A stretch of 63,377 nt of DNA, filler included, from Octopus bimaculoides (GCF_001194135.2; 5 parts of 5 records of this genome joined end to end with filler, not necessarily neighbours in it); one strand, 5' to 3'; numbered from the whole stretch's first letter, positions 12,812 through 26,830 are shown. Program-made: numbers and translations. The notes: generated by a model not told the origin, from the sequence alone.

Positions 12812-13234
12812 AAACCAATTATCACTTGTTGATGATCTGTTGATTAATCATCATGTCGTTGCTCCTTTGCTTATTTTGGAAGCCTAAAGTGTTGGGATTT
12901 GTATACCGTATTACGTAATCTTGTGATTGTTTTGCATACTGGATAACTGACTGTACCACGCTTGCGTCACAATAACGGCTCTTAACGAAACGAGGCAATC
13001 GCAGCAATACCAGATAACCCATTCGTCCATTTATACACAAACACATAGACACACATACACACGCCTATAAATAGAAACATTATCCATTGTGTAAATAGAC
13101 ACGTAAGATAGACTTACAAGCATGTCTTACTCTGAAAAAATTATACTGCACTTTAACCTCTAATTCACTTTTAAAAACTGTGAAAACGCTGTAATTTTAT
13201 AACACTTCAAGTCTATAGCATTACACATATTCTC

Positions 13235-13570
13235 TTTTACTCTTTTACTTGTTTCAGTCATTTGACTGTGGCCATACTGGAGCACCGCCTTTAGTCGAGC
13301 AAATCGACCCCAAGACTCATTCTTTGGAAGCCTAGTACTTATTCTATCGGTTTCTTTTGCCGAACCGCTAAGTTACGGGGACGTAAACACACCAGCATCG
13401 GTTGTCAAGCGATGTTGGGGGGACAAACACAGACACACAAACATATACACACACACACATATATATACATATATACGACGGGCTTCTTTCAGTTTTCCGT
13501 CTACCAAATCCACACACAAGGCTTTTGTCGGCCTGAGACTATAGTAGAAGACACTTGCCCAAGGTGCCAC
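13235..13570 (-). mobile_element. SINE family A (head truncated)
   Basis: Reverse complement of body and tail (gtggcaccttgggcaagtgtcttctactatag...ctccagtatggccacagtcaaatgactgaaac). Confidence 0.85.
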
Positions 13571-14315
13571 GAATATCTACAAATATTTCGACGATTTCTT
13601 CTATATTTTTCCTATTGCTACTCAATAAACACCTAAGATATTACAGTTTCCATATTTACTCAAATATTTAACTCTTAGGGCTCCCCGCAACCAAAGCGTA
13701 ATTTCAAATATATTTAGTTACAATGTTTGTTGGTCTTCCAGTGATTACATTTTAACTAATCAAAAATTTAAATAACAGTTATTTAGTTTTTGTTTCAATT
13801 ATCGATCGATTACAATAAATTCCGCTCTCCATTTTTATTATATTTTTTCTTCATCGCTCAATCAACTAAATCACATAACTTACCCTTCACAAGCACACAT
13901 ACACACGCACACACACACACGCACACACACATACACACACACACACACACACATGCACACGCACATGCACATCCTGGTATATAATGCGAGATATTTAAGA
14001 GATACACCTAATGCGAAATTTTAAGATAGCATTATGGTCCGGTATAAAAATTATATCATTGATTTTTAGATATATAACGTGGTGGTCACATTATATTCGT
14101 AATTTTGTGCCTAAGTAAATACAGCTTAACATATTTACTATTTAAATAAGATGAAATTGATTCTTATATACGTTAAATGCTTATATGAGCACGTGGGCGT
14201 GTATGCATGTGTTTGTGTGTACATGAGTACGTACATGTGTGCGTATATATATATATATGTACACACACACATATGTATGCATGCATACATGTGTGTTTAG
14301 TCATGGATGTGTATG

Positions 14316-15025
14316 TATAGGGTGAGTGAAAAGCAAGTAGGCATTAAAAATTGGTAATAAAATCCATATTCCTTTTAGAAATTTATTGAAACAAATGATA
14401 CATGTTCTTTATAACATGGGAAAATGAAAGTAAATCTTCATATTTCAACATAAGTACCAGTGGTGTCACCAGTTTCCTCAAACGGCCAGGGATGGAACGC
14501 ACAACCTTCTGAGGGACGTCGTCTGGGATATCATTGAGAACCTCTTGAATCCATGTCTTGTTTTGTCTTGTACACCTCCTCTTTTGTGTAACCCCGCAGG
14601 TAAAAATCACGTGGAGTGAGATCTGGACTTCCTGGTGTTCTGTCTTTCTGGACTTCTGCGGTCACAGTCTTCAAGTTTTAGCTCCTGCATGTAATGAGGT
14701 CCCCACGGACGAAAATTCAATTCTTTATGCAACACCGTACGTATTGTATGTCTTGTTAGTCCACATCCACGAGTTACTGGACGTGTTGATTTTTGTGGGT
14801 TGCGATTAAACATTTCCTGCACTGTTGCCACGTTCTCCGCTGATCGGGATGTGATTGGACGGCCACTTCTTGCACCGTTCACAGAACCCGTAGTCGTCAG
14901 CTTTGCATAACAACTTTTTATTGTCTCCGGACGTAGTGTTGCATGCTAACCTTTCCATGCACGCCAAAACAATGGAATTTCACACTTCATAGATTGCTGA
15001 TATCTTAGCTCGCACCTGAACTGTA
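14316..15025 (-). mobile_element. Internally deleted Tc1/mariner-superfamily transposon
   Basis: N-terminal HTH region (RSGRPITSRSAENVATVQEMFNRNPQKSTR...LHKELNFRPW...QELKLEDCDRR) joined to C-terminal WIQEVLNDIPDD..QKVVRSIPGRLRKLV; DDE core missing; degenerate TA-flanked ends. Confidence 0.75.
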
Positions 15026-15131
15026 TATATATATATATATATATGCATACAGACATACCACACTTTACAGGGACCCGATTTAGGAGGCNNNNNNNNNNAT
15101 ATATATATATGCATACAGACATACCACACTT

Positions 15132-15556
15132 TACAGGGACCCGCTTTAGGAGGCCCCTGGTTTGCGAGTTTCATTTTGCAAGCACAAGTTCCAAATCTTG
15201 AACGAAGTACAAAAGTTTCTACTACCATCACAAATGCTTCTGCATGTTACCCAGAAATTTATAGAGACGGAAAAAGTTTCTTCTAAGCAAACAACTGTAG
15301 ACTTGTTTTTTATTAATGAAATCTACAAGTCCGTCTACGAGTGCTTGTGAATCAGCGATCGCGTTTATAAGTGATGGTGTGCACGAGTCTACTGTTGTTT
15401 TATTACCATTTATTTACGAGTATTATTAATTTTATAGGTAAAGTATTTTTTCTGGGAACAAATTTCAATTTATAACATTGCCACTATGGGAAATTATTGC
15501 TCTGCTTTACGAGTTTTTGCTTTACGAGCGGTCTCGTATATCGAGGCATTACTGTA
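15132..15556 (+). mobile_element. Probable pogo/Tigger-type non-autonomous element
   Basis: KQTTVDLFF C-terminal motif; right end ...cgaggcattactgTA resembles Tigger TIR; subterminal tttacgag repeats; left TIR poorly matched. Confidence 0.45.
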
Positions 15557-16499
15557 TATATATATAAATATAAATATGAGTCGTTTTCATAGCGCCGGTT
15601 TCGATTTCCGACTGAAGTTATTTTTGCACCTCACTTACACGACTAATGTTTTTGGAAAGGCATGAACGTCACAAACACTCAGTTTCTTTTCTTCCTGCTT
15701 TTGTCGTTGTTGTTGTTGGTAGAGCGTGCTGTTGTTGTTGTTCATTGTTGTTGGTGATGGGGGTGTCGTTGTTTTGTTGATGGTTCTGGGGTTGGCATTT
15801 TTGTTGATGTTGTTCGTGGTAGAGATGTTGGTGTGACTGGCTATTGTTGTTTTTGTTGTTGTTGCTGTTGCTGTTGGTGGTGGTGGTGTTTATTATTAGT
15901 GGTAGCTATTCTGTTATTGTTGGTGGTGTCACTGATGTCCTTGAACCCAAGGTCAGCCTATATATGTCTGACCTATGACAAAATGCGTGTCAACCATGAT
16001 CATCTAACGTTTTCTTTTAAACCTAACACTGCATCGTCCAATCTATCCTTTTCTATCGTTCTCCAAAGATAATAAAACATAATGAAGATTTGGCTGTTCG
16101 TTCTAGCAGCTCGAACAACCACGCAGAGGCACCTACATCGGCTCGTTCTTTTTCCTTAGACCTGTGTAGGTAGCCATTTTGGACAGAGTATAAATCAATA
16201 ACGCTCCTTTGCAGACAGCGTCTGACGACGTCTTACATAAAGTCTTGTGTACATCATGGCTCTTCACATCCCACTTCATCTCTCAGCAGGATAAAACATA
16301 TTGACAGATTTTATTGGAGATGTCAAACAACGTTATTTTACCGCCAGCTTTTACAACTTCAAACATTTTGTTTTTTTCTGTGAATAAGAATCTAATTCTA
16401 AATTTAATCACAATCAACCGATGTATATCTAGAAAATTTCGATCATTATCAATAGAGTAATGAACGTTATTACTTTTGCAATTGTTGTTGTTATTATTA

Positions 16500-16528
16500 T
16501 TGGTATTATATCTATTAATATTATTATT

Positions 16529-16587
<59 letters not shown>

Positions 16588-16610
16588 TATTATTATTATT
16601 ATTACTATTA
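16500..16610. repeat. (ATT)n/(CAT)n microsatellite
   Basis: Direct reading; source of the poly-Met ORF 16429..16635. Confidence 0.95.
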
Positions 16611-17150
16611 GGGAGTGAATGAGAGAGCAGTGCATGCCATCAAAGTGACACTGGGGTAAAATATACGAAGCCCAGTATACCCATCATGACTACCCGTCTG
16701 ATAAGGGTACACCAAGCACATGCATCACAACCATATGTGTGTGACTGGCGATCTCATATCAAGATAAGCAGTGAATGACCTTCCAGGCGAACCTTAAAAT
16801 TTTCTTCAGGACCGCACAACAGGTCTTTGAATAAGGATTGTTTAAAGATGTTGAACGAAGCACCCACGTTTCCAGAAATTAATTATTCAAACTCAAAAAG
16901 ATTCCTCTCAACACATGGCTATGATGCTCCCCCACTACTTCTGCTCGTGATCAGAGATGCACATACCGACAGCCATCAAGGAACATGCTCAACTGGTTGA
17001 GGTCAAACAACTGACAAGCAAAGCTGTGGTATTAAACAGAATATTTGCAGTTGCCCATCTTTTATACCAAAGCAAAACATGTACATGTTAACACTTCTAA
17101 TCAATTAAAATCAGAAGCCATGAGAGCCACTGCCTGGTACTACATTAGGG
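16610..17150 (-). mobile_element. Unclassified interspersed retroposon with (AAT)n(GAT)n 3' tail
   Basis: Its ~17010-17140 part recurs in opposite orientation at ~40445-40575 (gtaccaggcagtggctctcatggct...); simple-repeat tail on minus strand. Confidence 0.6.
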
Positions 17151-17152
17151 TA

Positions 17153-17454
17153 TTTATTATTACTATTATTATTATTATTATTGTTCAGTAGTTTTATTTT
17201 TATAACGTCCTTTCACTTCACTACCGAGCGCAGCTCTGTGCGCCTTGGGTATGTGCTGTGGTTTGCTGTGGTGCTTTTATGTTTACTGTATTGAAAGTGT
17301 TTTGCGTAGAATGTGTGCAGTACCCAGTAGTGCAATTTTCTGTATGTTACATATATTTGTAAGTCCTGGTATTTTTGTTATGTATTTGTCTGAGTATTTT
17401 TTAATTATACCTAAGGCGCCTACTATGATAGGAATTGTTTCTGTTTTTAGACTC
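17153..17454 (-). mobile_element. 3' end of R4/Dong-like non-LTR retrotransposon (restriction-like endonuclease C-terminus, 3' UTR, (AAT)n)
   Basis: Minus translation SLKTETIPIIVGALGIIKKYSDKYITKIPGLTNICNIQKIALLGTAHILRKTLSIQ* (not in the ORF track); cut by gap at 17455. Confidence 0.85.
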
Positions 17455-17554
17455 NNNNNNNNNNNNNNNNNNNNNNNNNNNNNNNNNNNNNNNNNNNNTT
17501 AATTAATTAANNNNNNNNNNNNNNNNNNNNNNNNNNNNNNNNNNNNNNNNNNNN
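17455..17554. other. Artificial 100-bp scaffold spacer (44 N + TTAATTAATTAA + 44 N); also 37200-37299, 41664-41763, 61160-61259
   Basis: Identical 12-mer giving stop codons in all six frames, centred in equal N runs four times. Confidence 0.92.
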
Positions 17555-17801
17555 GTGCATAAAATATAACTATAAATGACGTACTGTCAGTTTGAAGATT
17601 GTTCTAAATAAGAACTAATCATCAGAAGCGACATTCATATTTACGTCTCTAAACGAGGTTGTTACAGTTCAGGCGACGTAGTACAAATATGAATTGTGGT
17701 GTATTATCTAACTGTTGGCTGGTTTAAGACTGATATATTATCTTTAAAAGCATAAAAGTAAGGTGTTATATATACCATACATAATATGTGCGTGTGCACA
17801 T

Positions 17802-17838
<37 letters not shown>

Positions 17839-19503
17839 TGTGTGTATGTGCGTGTATGTGTGTGTGTGCCTGTGTGTGTGTACGTGTATGTGTAAGAGAA
17901 AGAATGTAGTTAGGATCTGGATCAAAATTATTTATTTAGCGCTTTCATCCTTTTTCAGAGATTCATCATGGATGATTTCTTGTAGAAAGATTCATACCTT
18001 TTACATATGTATGTGCACCCGTTGAAAACAATCTGGTGTTGAGTTTGTTTTCTTGGGTTGTGGAATGATTATGTTTTGGGAGTGCTTGCTTGAGATGTTC
18101 TTTCACATATTGAATCTATATGCGTGTGCATATATATATATGTGTGTGTGTATATGTGTATCTATGTATTCACCAAGCATAGTCTTACACACACATACAT
18201 TAATTCATNNNNNNNNNNNNNNNNNNNNNNNNNNNNNNNNNNNNNNNNNNNNNNNNNNNNNNNNNNNNNNNNNNNNNNNNNNNNNNNNNNNNNNNNNNNN
18301 NNNNNNNNNNNNNNNNNNNNNNNNNNNNNNNNNNNNNNNNNNNNNNNNNNNNNNNNNNNNNNNNNNNNNNNNNNNNCTGCTATCTAGCACCTTCGGATGA
18401 TCTCTACTCAACCGCTACACAATTGCTGACCGACTGCTACTCAGCACTCCTACACGGCCAGGCTACCTCTATTTATATGTCTTGGGAGATCCTACTTCTT
18501 CGCTTGGGAGCGTCGACACAACATATACATACGCAGATATAACCACACACACAGACACGCACACACATACATACATACATACATACATACANNNNNNNNN
18601 NACACACACACACAAATTCACTCCAGATTTTTTTCAACTAAGCGATGAATTTTCTGTATGAAATCATTCGTGATAAGTCTTTGAATGGAACGAAAACGCT
18701 AAATAAATAGTTTCTATTCCTCTCTTGTCTGCCTTTTTTTTTCTTTATATATAAAATGTGTACACTCCTTCAAACAATCTATACATATATACTTTTATGT
18801 CTCAAACTACTGCTATCTAGCACCTTCGGATGATCTCTACTCAACCGCTACACAATTGCTGACCGACTGCTACTCAGCACTCCTACACGGCCAGGCTACC
18901 TCTATTTATATGTCTTGGGAGATCCTACTTCTTCGCTTGGGAGCGTCGACACAACATATACATACGCAGATATAACCACACACACAGACACGCACACACA
19001 TACATACATACATACATACATACATTTTAGATAACTGGAAATCAATATCAGCTTCAGTTTGAAATAAATTCAGGGTAGCGAGTCTCTCAGATAATTCCAT
19101 AAACTTTCTAATAACACATTATCAATATTTGCCGAACTAATAATTTAAGTGAACGAAAGACGAAACCTCAACGTGGACGCTGAATCTACCCAGAAATATC
19201 TACGGACTGTCACTTATAATGCAACCTACAATATTACAAAGAAGCAGGTATTGTATGTAGTGCTAGATATCACACAGCCACACTTGAGGCTATAAAAAAT
19301 AGATTGCTCTGAAGAGCATCGAACTAAATCCACTGAACTACTTTGTAGCCTGTTAACATATGACCAGAGTACACTCATTACTATCTGATCTGAAAATTTT
19401 TCCTGGATTGCCTTTCACCATCTTTGTTGTTAAGTTTGTTGTTTCACCGCTGCTACCACTGCTGTTGTTTATTTCCCAAATCGTACTTGACTGAGCGTCC
19501 CTA

Positions 19504-19714
19504 TACGAGGGGGAGCTGGAAGTTCCTTGCTTTATGGCCTGGTTGGAGGCCCAACCTGCCGAGTTCTTTTACAGGGCTTAGAATAACTGAAGGACCGCTG
19601 CAAAAAAAAAGTGTGTAAATCTGAGAGGGGAATTTGTTGAATAAAATTATAATTAACTAATCCTCTTGTATTTTCTTTTATCCAAAGCTAGGAACTTTTT
19701 AACACCCCCTTGTA
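19504..19714 (+). mobile_element. mariner-derived MITE
   Basis: TAcgaggggg...aagttcct / aggaactttttaacacccccttgTA TIRs; retains transposase C-terminus (GLE*LKDRCKK.V.LRGEFVE*). Confidence 0.8.
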
Positions 19715-21558
19715 ACCATAGGCGCTCTGTCAATAATCACTCCGTCATTTCTTTCAGGAAGCATTGAACATTTAGGACTACATCACTCAATATGTTCATC
19801 TAGTAGGACAGCAAGGTATAATTTGAAGCACTTATTGATAGATTAGTTCCTATTTCTAGCATGTCAAACGACCATTTAGAGGTTCCCTCGTTAGCTCTTT
19901 CCTCCAGACGAGGTAGAAATGTGTGACAAGCATTAACATACGGAAGCGACGTACATCTATAAAAATAAAATAACGGTGTCTTTCTATTTTACAACTTGTA
20001 CAGTAACCTTACAATTATTTTATGGCCTGTAGTCATCCTCCTTTTCCTTCCATTCTTTCCCTTGTTTTGTTCTTTTCTCCCTTGGTATTGTACTCTTCCC
20101 TTAAAGGAAAATGGAAGGTAAGAAAAAGAAAAAAGATGAAGGAAGAAAGGAGTACAGGAAAGACGAAATACAGTTAAGGAAACAGATGGAAAATAAAAGA
20201 AAAACAAGGAAGAGGAAAATATGAAAAAAAATAATAATAAAACGGAGAAATGAAAGAGAGAACATAAATGAAAGAAACCAAGAGAGAGAAAGATACAAGC
20301 CTGGATAATAAGAAAAGAAAGGTGAAAGGAAAGAAATAAAGGAAGAGAACTGTCACATGTGAAAGAAGGAGGTAAGGGCGGAAAAAAGAACAAATAAGCA
20401 GTGATGTAAAAAAAAAGAAAGAAAGAGAGAATAGAGGAAAACAGAAACAAAGAACGGGAAAGAAAGAAAAAAGAAAGAAAGGAGGGAAGACGAGATGGGC
20501 TTAGAGAAGGAACTAGATAGAGAGGCTGATTTAATAAATAAAAGTTGATAATTGTGATGGAGTTTTGTTTTTCTATTTTTTTTAACAGTAAGACAGACTA
20601 GGAACTAAGGTGAAACGGAAGTAGTGTATGAGTATTTGTGTATATGCGTATGTATGTGTTTGNNNNNNNNNNNNNNNNNNNNNNNNNNNNNNNNNNNNNN
20701 NNNNNNNNNNNNNNNNNNNNNNNNNNNNNNNNNNNNNNNNNNNNNNNNNNNNNNNNNNNNNNNNNNNNNNNNNNNNNNNNNNNNNNNNNNNNNNNNNNNN
20801 NNNNNNNNNNNNNNNNNNNNNNNNNNNNNNNNNNNNNNNNNNNNNNNNNNNNNNNNNNNNNNNNNNNNNNNNNNNNNNNNNNNNNNNNNNNNNNNNNNNN
20901 NNNNNNNNNNNNNNNNNNNNNNNNNNNNNNNNNNNNNNNNNNNNNNNNNNNNNNNNNNNNNNNNNNNNNNNNNNNNNNNNNNNNNNNNNNNNNNNNNNNN
21001 NNNNNNNNNNNNNNNNNNNNNNNNNNNNNNNNNNNNNNNNNNNNNNNNNNNNNNNNNNNNNNNNNNNNNNNNNNNNNNNNNNNNNNNNNNNNNNNNNNNN
21101 NNNNNNNNNNNNNNNNNNNNNNNNNNNNNNNNNNNNNNNNNNNNNNNNNNNNNNNNNNNNNNNNNNNNNNNNNNNNNNNNNNNNNNNNNNNNNNNNNNNN
21201 NNNNNNNNNNNNNNNNNNNNNNNNNNNNNNNNNNNNNNNNNNNNNNNNNNNNNNNNNNNNNNNNNNNNNNNNNNNNNNNNNNNNNNNNNNNNNNNNNNNN
21301 NNNNNNNNNNNNNNNNNNNNNNNNNNNNNNNNNNNNNNNNNNNNNNNNNNNNNNNNNNNNNNNNNNNNNNNNNNNNATTAGATAGATAGATGTATATGTA
21401 TGCATATATATATGTGTGTGTGTATGCATAATTATGTATGTCTTTGTATGTATGTATATTATATACTTTGACTAATATGTATATATACATAGGTATAAAC
21501 ATATACGTATATACTTATGCTCTCTCTCTCTCTCTCCGTCTCTATTTTCCTCCTCCTC

Positions 21559-21600
<42 letters not shown>

Positions 21601-21627
21601 GCATATACTTATATATATATGCTTATA

Positions 21628-21662
<35 letters not shown>

Positions 21663-21994
21663 CGTGACTTTGTTCCTTTGACTTTGTCATTATTACAGCT
21701 AACTGGTGGAACCTATTCATTTCGCTACGGGTGTTTTACACTTCATGTCGCCATGTCCCACGCACCATTAACCATTAACCACCACTGAGACTATTATTGT
21801 AATACCCACCGAATGTATGCATGCATGTATGTATGTATGTATGCTTGTATATATGCACGTACGTACGTATGTATGTATGTATGTGTGTATGTATGCACGT
21901 ACGTACGTATGTCTGTATGTGTGTGTGTGTGTATATATGTATGAATTTTTGTATGTATGTATACATATATATTCTTGAGTGTGAGTATTTACGT

Positions 21995-22056
<62 letters not shown>

Positions 22057-22157
22057 CATAGATCATCTCTAGAGGTTTTCTCTTTATCTTGGCGCTCTTA
22101 ATGTGGATTTCCTCTTATTGTTATTATTATTGTCATCGTCATTTTTGTTGTCGTTCG

Positions 22158-23105
22158 ATAAGGCGATAAGCTAGCAGAATTGTTAAGGACGCCGAGCAAG
22201 ATGCTTAACGGCATTTCGCTTGTCTTTACGTTCTGAGTGCTCGATAGGTATTTATTTCATCGATCCCGAAAGGACGATAGGTAAAGTTGATTTCGGAGAA
22301 ATTTGAACTTAACCCTTAAAGACGGAATAAATGTCGCTAAGCAGTTTTTCCGGCGTCCTGATGATTCTGTCGGCTCGCCACTTTTATACTCCTTTCTACT
22401 ATAGGCACACTACCTAAAGATTTTGTGGGGACGGAGTCAGTTGATTACATCGACCCCATTGCTCAGCTGGCACATATTTTATTGATCCCGCAAGGGTGAA
22501 AGAGAGAGTCGGCCTCGGTGGAATTTGAACTCAGAACGTAAAGAGTAGATGAAATAATGTTAAACATTTTGTCCGGCGTGCTAGCTCGCCACGTTTGTAT
22601 TAGAAATAAGAATGATTTTTTTTTTTTTTTTTTTGACAACATCGAACGTCAACAATAATCCTTTTTCCTATAGGCACAAGACCCGAAATTTGGTAGCAAG
22701 GGACCAGTCGATTAAATCGACCCCAGTGCTTCACTGGTATTTAATCTATCAACCCGAAAGGATAAAAGGTAAAGTCGACTTCGGCGAAATTTGAACTCAG
22801 AACGCAAAGGCGGACGAAATACCGCTAAGCATTTTGACCAGCGTGCTAACGATTCGTCCAGATCGTCGCCTTTACATACCATATGATATCCTTTCTACTA
22901 TAGGTACAAGGTCTGAAATTTTGGAGGAAGGGACAAGTCGATTACATTGACCCCGGTACTCAACTGGTACTTAATTTATCGACCCCGAACAGATAAAAAA
23001 AGGTAAAGTCGACCTCGGTGGAATCTGATCTCAGAACGTAGCGACAGACGAAATACCGCTATGCATTTCACCCGGGACGCTAACGATTCTGCCAGCTCGC
23101 CGTCT
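22158..23105 (-). mobile_element. Cluster of ~4 SINE family B copies (minus) preceded by a plus-strand head fragment
   Basis: Repeated gaaaggataaaaggtaaagtcgac(t/c)tcgg(c/t)g(g/a)aatttgaactcagaacg. Confidence 0.85.
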
Positions 23106-24460
23106 TTGCATAACATATCATATCAAAACAGAATAATTTAATTCCAGCTTCTAGTTTGAGGTCGATGACTACTCACAACAGTATTGTCCTTCTATAAGCG
23201 TATACTATAAGTATAGCTGATGTAAGTTCACTTTTTGTTTATTTAATTTTTCGCATTTCGAAGTCTACTTTTATTGTCGATGCCGTGCTTGTTATAACTG
23301 TGACAAGCAACAAAATCTCCCAGAAAACGCACTGTATCAAATGAAAGAATACATGAGATAAAGTTATCCTAGATAAACTTCCTGGATATGGAAAATTATG
23401 ATGATCATGGCTGGATTGTATTTGATCGTAGGTCTGCTCAATCAGAGTCACTCTTTGCTAAAGCAACATCAACAATATCATATGTCATACATAAATACGT
23501 CTGCAAATTAATTATTATATATATAATCGATTGAATTAGCTCTAACGTTTGCACCATGCTGATTGGGTGTTTTATCGAGACTCAAGGGACGAAAACAAAA
23601 AGAAAACGCGGAATTCGAACTCACACAGTAACGACAATAAATACTACACAAAACTTTGCCTAATGCGTTACTAACTCTTTCGCCTCACTGTCCTACCGAG
23701 AGGCACTTGCAATTTTTCAACATCGTTCAAGGTAGCCTAACAGCGTGTTTGTTATGTAAATACAAAGCTAAAATTAGAAACTGTTAACTCTTGGTTATTT
23801 CCCAACCCTTCATTCTTTACGTGATCGTTTCTTGGTCTTTTATTATTTATTTTTTCGTTTTATATTTCGTCTTTCATCTCCCTTTCCCTAGTTTACGATT
23901 CTTGTCACTGTTGTGTGGAAATTCACAGACAGATCTCGGTTTAATTACATTAGGTAACACAGACTTGTATAATAACAGTAAATAAATGTGCTGGAGCAGA
24001 GATTAAATGTACTTCACTGATATCTTAAACAATCTTTCATCTTTGTGAAAGCCACTGTCAAACACTAACAGAAACAGAATCTGCTTTACAAACTTTATCG
24101 TATTCATACAAACTGTCTTGTTAGGGTCCGCAGCAAATTTTAGACAGCAAGCCTTATTGTTTTCAAACAGCGCATACTAAAGAGAATTCTCTTGTAATTC
24201 TCTGTCAGTGAGCAAAAAACAAGTATTACTAAATAACGACATTAATGAGTTTAGCTTATATCGAAAGATCAAGTAACAGTTTAATGCAATGGGAAACTCC
24301 CCTTCCCATGTTATTGTCTTTGCTGTTGCTGTTTAACCCCAGGTTGGCAAGCAAACACGCAAGAAAATTCATATTTGGAGTTCGAGTGGTTCGTGTTTTT
24401 GCAAACGACGCTTTTGTTTTGTCAGTCAACTTCGTAAACCAAACAGTAGTATATAACATA

Positions 24461-24681
24461 TACGAAGGGGTATTGGAAAGATTCTGGCGTTAATGATGTC
24501 GCGAAAGGCCTGGTTGGAGGCATAACCTTCCGAGTTCTTATACGGGGCTTAGAAAAACTGAAGAACCGCTGCAATAAGTGTGTGAATTTAAGAGGGGAAT
24601 ATGTTGAATAAAATCATGATTAACCGATCCTCCTGTATTTTCTTTTACCCAAAATCAGGAACTTTGCAGAACACCCTCGTA
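24461..24681 (+). mobile_element. mariner-derived MITE (same family as 19504-19714)
   Basis: TAcgaaggggtattgg...caggaactttgcagaacaccctcgTA; shared internal gagttctt..ggggcttaga..aactgaag.accgctgcaa. Confidence 0.8.
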
Positions 24682-24789
24682 GAATGTATTGATATAGCTA
24701 AGAACAATGCATTTCTTGTGTTTTTATTAGTTACTGTTTCAGTCGAATTGAGATACGATTGAATGAAAATCAATTTTGTTTACCTATAT

Positions 24790-25420
24790 ATTGGCTTCAA
24801 ATTTTGGTACAACGCCAACAATTTCGGGGCAAGAGGTAATCGATTACATTGACCCGAATGTTCAACTGGTATTTCTTTTATCGACCCCGGGAAGATGAAA
24901 GTCAAAGTCGACCTAGACGGAAATTGAACTCAGAACGTAAAGATAAAGTGCCGCTAAGCATTTTACCCGGTATACTTACGAGTCCACCAGCTCGTCGCCT
25001 TGCTTTACCGGTATACTGGTTTCAAATTTTGACACAAAATTAACAGTTTGGTGGTTGGGTTAAGTCGATTACCGTGATTCCAGTATTTAAGTGGTACTTA
25101 TTTCATTGACCCCTAAAGAATGAAAGGCAAAGTCGACTTTGGCGGAAATTGAACTCAGAACGTAAAGACGAACGAAATGCCACTAAGTATTTTGCCCAAC
25201 TTACGAGTCTTTTCTACTATAGGCACAAAGTCTGAAATGTGGTGGGAGAGAGCCAGTCGATTAGATCGACCCCCGTACGCAACTGGTACTTAATTTATCG
25301 ACCCCGAAAGGATAAAAGGCAAAATCGACCTCGGGAGAATTTGAACTCAGAACGTAAAGACCGGCGAAATACCGTTAAGAACTTCGCTCGGCGTGCTAAC
25401 GTTTCTGCCAGCTCACCACC
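24790..25420 (-). mobile_element. Three tandem SINE family B copies
   Basis: Same core as above, increasing divergence to the left. Confidence 0.82.
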
Positions 25421-25511
25421 TTTGCTTACCAATACATTAATGAGAAAATATGCCTTGCAGAAAATCAAACTATGTGGGAGTGAAATTACTCAAGACTATT
25501 TATATATACTA

Positions 25512-26084
25512 TACTAGCGGTACCCGTGGTTATTTCACGGAATTAATAGTAAATTTATTGGGTTATTTCTAAAAACTTTATCCAAAAGCCTGAAGGCGTT
25601 GCCTGTGTTTCTGTATCAAAAGATAGTCGGTCATCTGCTAATCATTGACAAGTGAAGGAAACCGGAATACCTTCTTTATTTCTCTCTTTTCTTTTCTTTC
25701 GCTCTTCGCTTTTCCCTTCAACTAATAACGTGAAAGCGTTACAGACGGGCTAAGTAACGGGGAAACAAGCAGAATTATTATAAGATTGATATGCAGATNN
25801 NNNNNNNNNNNNNNNNNNNNNNNNNNNNNNNNNNNNNNNNNNNNNNNNNNNNNNNNNNNNNNNNNNNNNNNNNNNNNNNNNNNNNNNNNNNNNNNNNNNN
25901 NNNNNNNNNNNNNNNNNNNNNNNNNNNNNNNNNNNNNNNNNNNNNNNNNNNNNNNNNNNNNNNNNNNNNNNNNNNNCTTACCCCCCCCCACGTCCCGCAC
26001 ACCCCTCCCTCCCTTTCATCTAATTACGTAGAAGCGTTACGGAGGGGCTAAGTAACGGGGAAACAAGCAGAATTATTATAAGAT
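25512..26084. mobile_element. Possible Helitron/Helentron-associated non-autonomous element (gap inside)
   Basis: Starts tactagcggtacccgtggttatttcacgg (short subterminal hairpin ccgtg/cacgg), ends gaattattataagat; pattern recall only. Confidence 0.35.
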
Positions 26085-26254
26085 TGATATGCAGATTCAT
26101 ACATCCACATGCTTATAATTTTGTAACACGCACACACGAACGCACACAAATACATAGATAGAAAGATAGACTTAAAAAAACACCATGCTTATCAGCATCC
26201 TACACCATATACTGTTTATCTTTTATTTATATCTGTTGTTGAACTACGACCATG

Positions 26255-26387
26255 CGCAGACACCGCCTTCAAGTGTTTTAGTCGAACAAAACGACACAGT
26301 ACTTTTAAAGCCTCGTAGTTTTTTTTACGAAACGCTATGTTATGGGGACATGAACAAGCCAACACCGGTATATGAAGACAAGCATAG

Positions 26388-26421
<34 letters not shown>

Positions 26422-26592
26422 AAAAGTATGTATATTCACAAAGAGTTTCTTTCAGTTTTAGGAGACACTTGCCAAGGTGCCATGACTGAACCGGGAAATA
26501 TGTGATTGGGAAGCAAACTTCTTACCATACAGCCACGCTTGTCGATCAAAACCTTGTGAATGGATTTGGTAGATGGAAACTGAATAAACCCG

Positions 26593-26628
<36 letters not shown>

Positions 26629-26830
26629 TTTTGTGTGTCTGTGTTTGTCCCCCACTATGCTTGACAAGCGATGCTGGTGTGTTTGCGTCCTCGTAACTTA
26701 GCGATTCGGTCGAAGACCTTTAGAATATGTACACTAGGCTTACAAAGAATGAGTCTTGGGGTCGATTTGTTCGAGTAAAGGCATTGCTCCAGCGTGGCCG
26801 TAGTCAATTGACTGAAACAAGTAAAACTAT
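26255..26830. mobile_element. Two SINE family A copies in opposite orientation (minus 26255-26480, plus ~26500-26830)
   Basis: Family A body and tail motifs on both strands. Confidence 0.75.

Noticed and set aside
15030-15150. Duplicated ~55 bp on both sides of a 10-N gap (similar at 59210-59300 and 25730-26095)
   Set aside because: Typical unmerged contig overlap or haplotype duplication
17499-17510. TTAATTAATTAA islands inside gaps (four occurrences)
   Set aside because: Centred in 44+44 N, with stops in all six frames: artificial contig linker, not biology
18377-19021. ~215-bp exact direct repeat (18377-18590 and 18809-19021)
   Set aside because: First copy is bounded by gaps on both sides and is identical to the second; most likely a redundant contig
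23360-24460. Short ORFs (MENYDDHGWIVFDRR..., 24245..24493, 24256..24459) and possible splice sites
   Set aside because: No recognisable domain, no consistent exon borders; the plus ORF runs into a MITE
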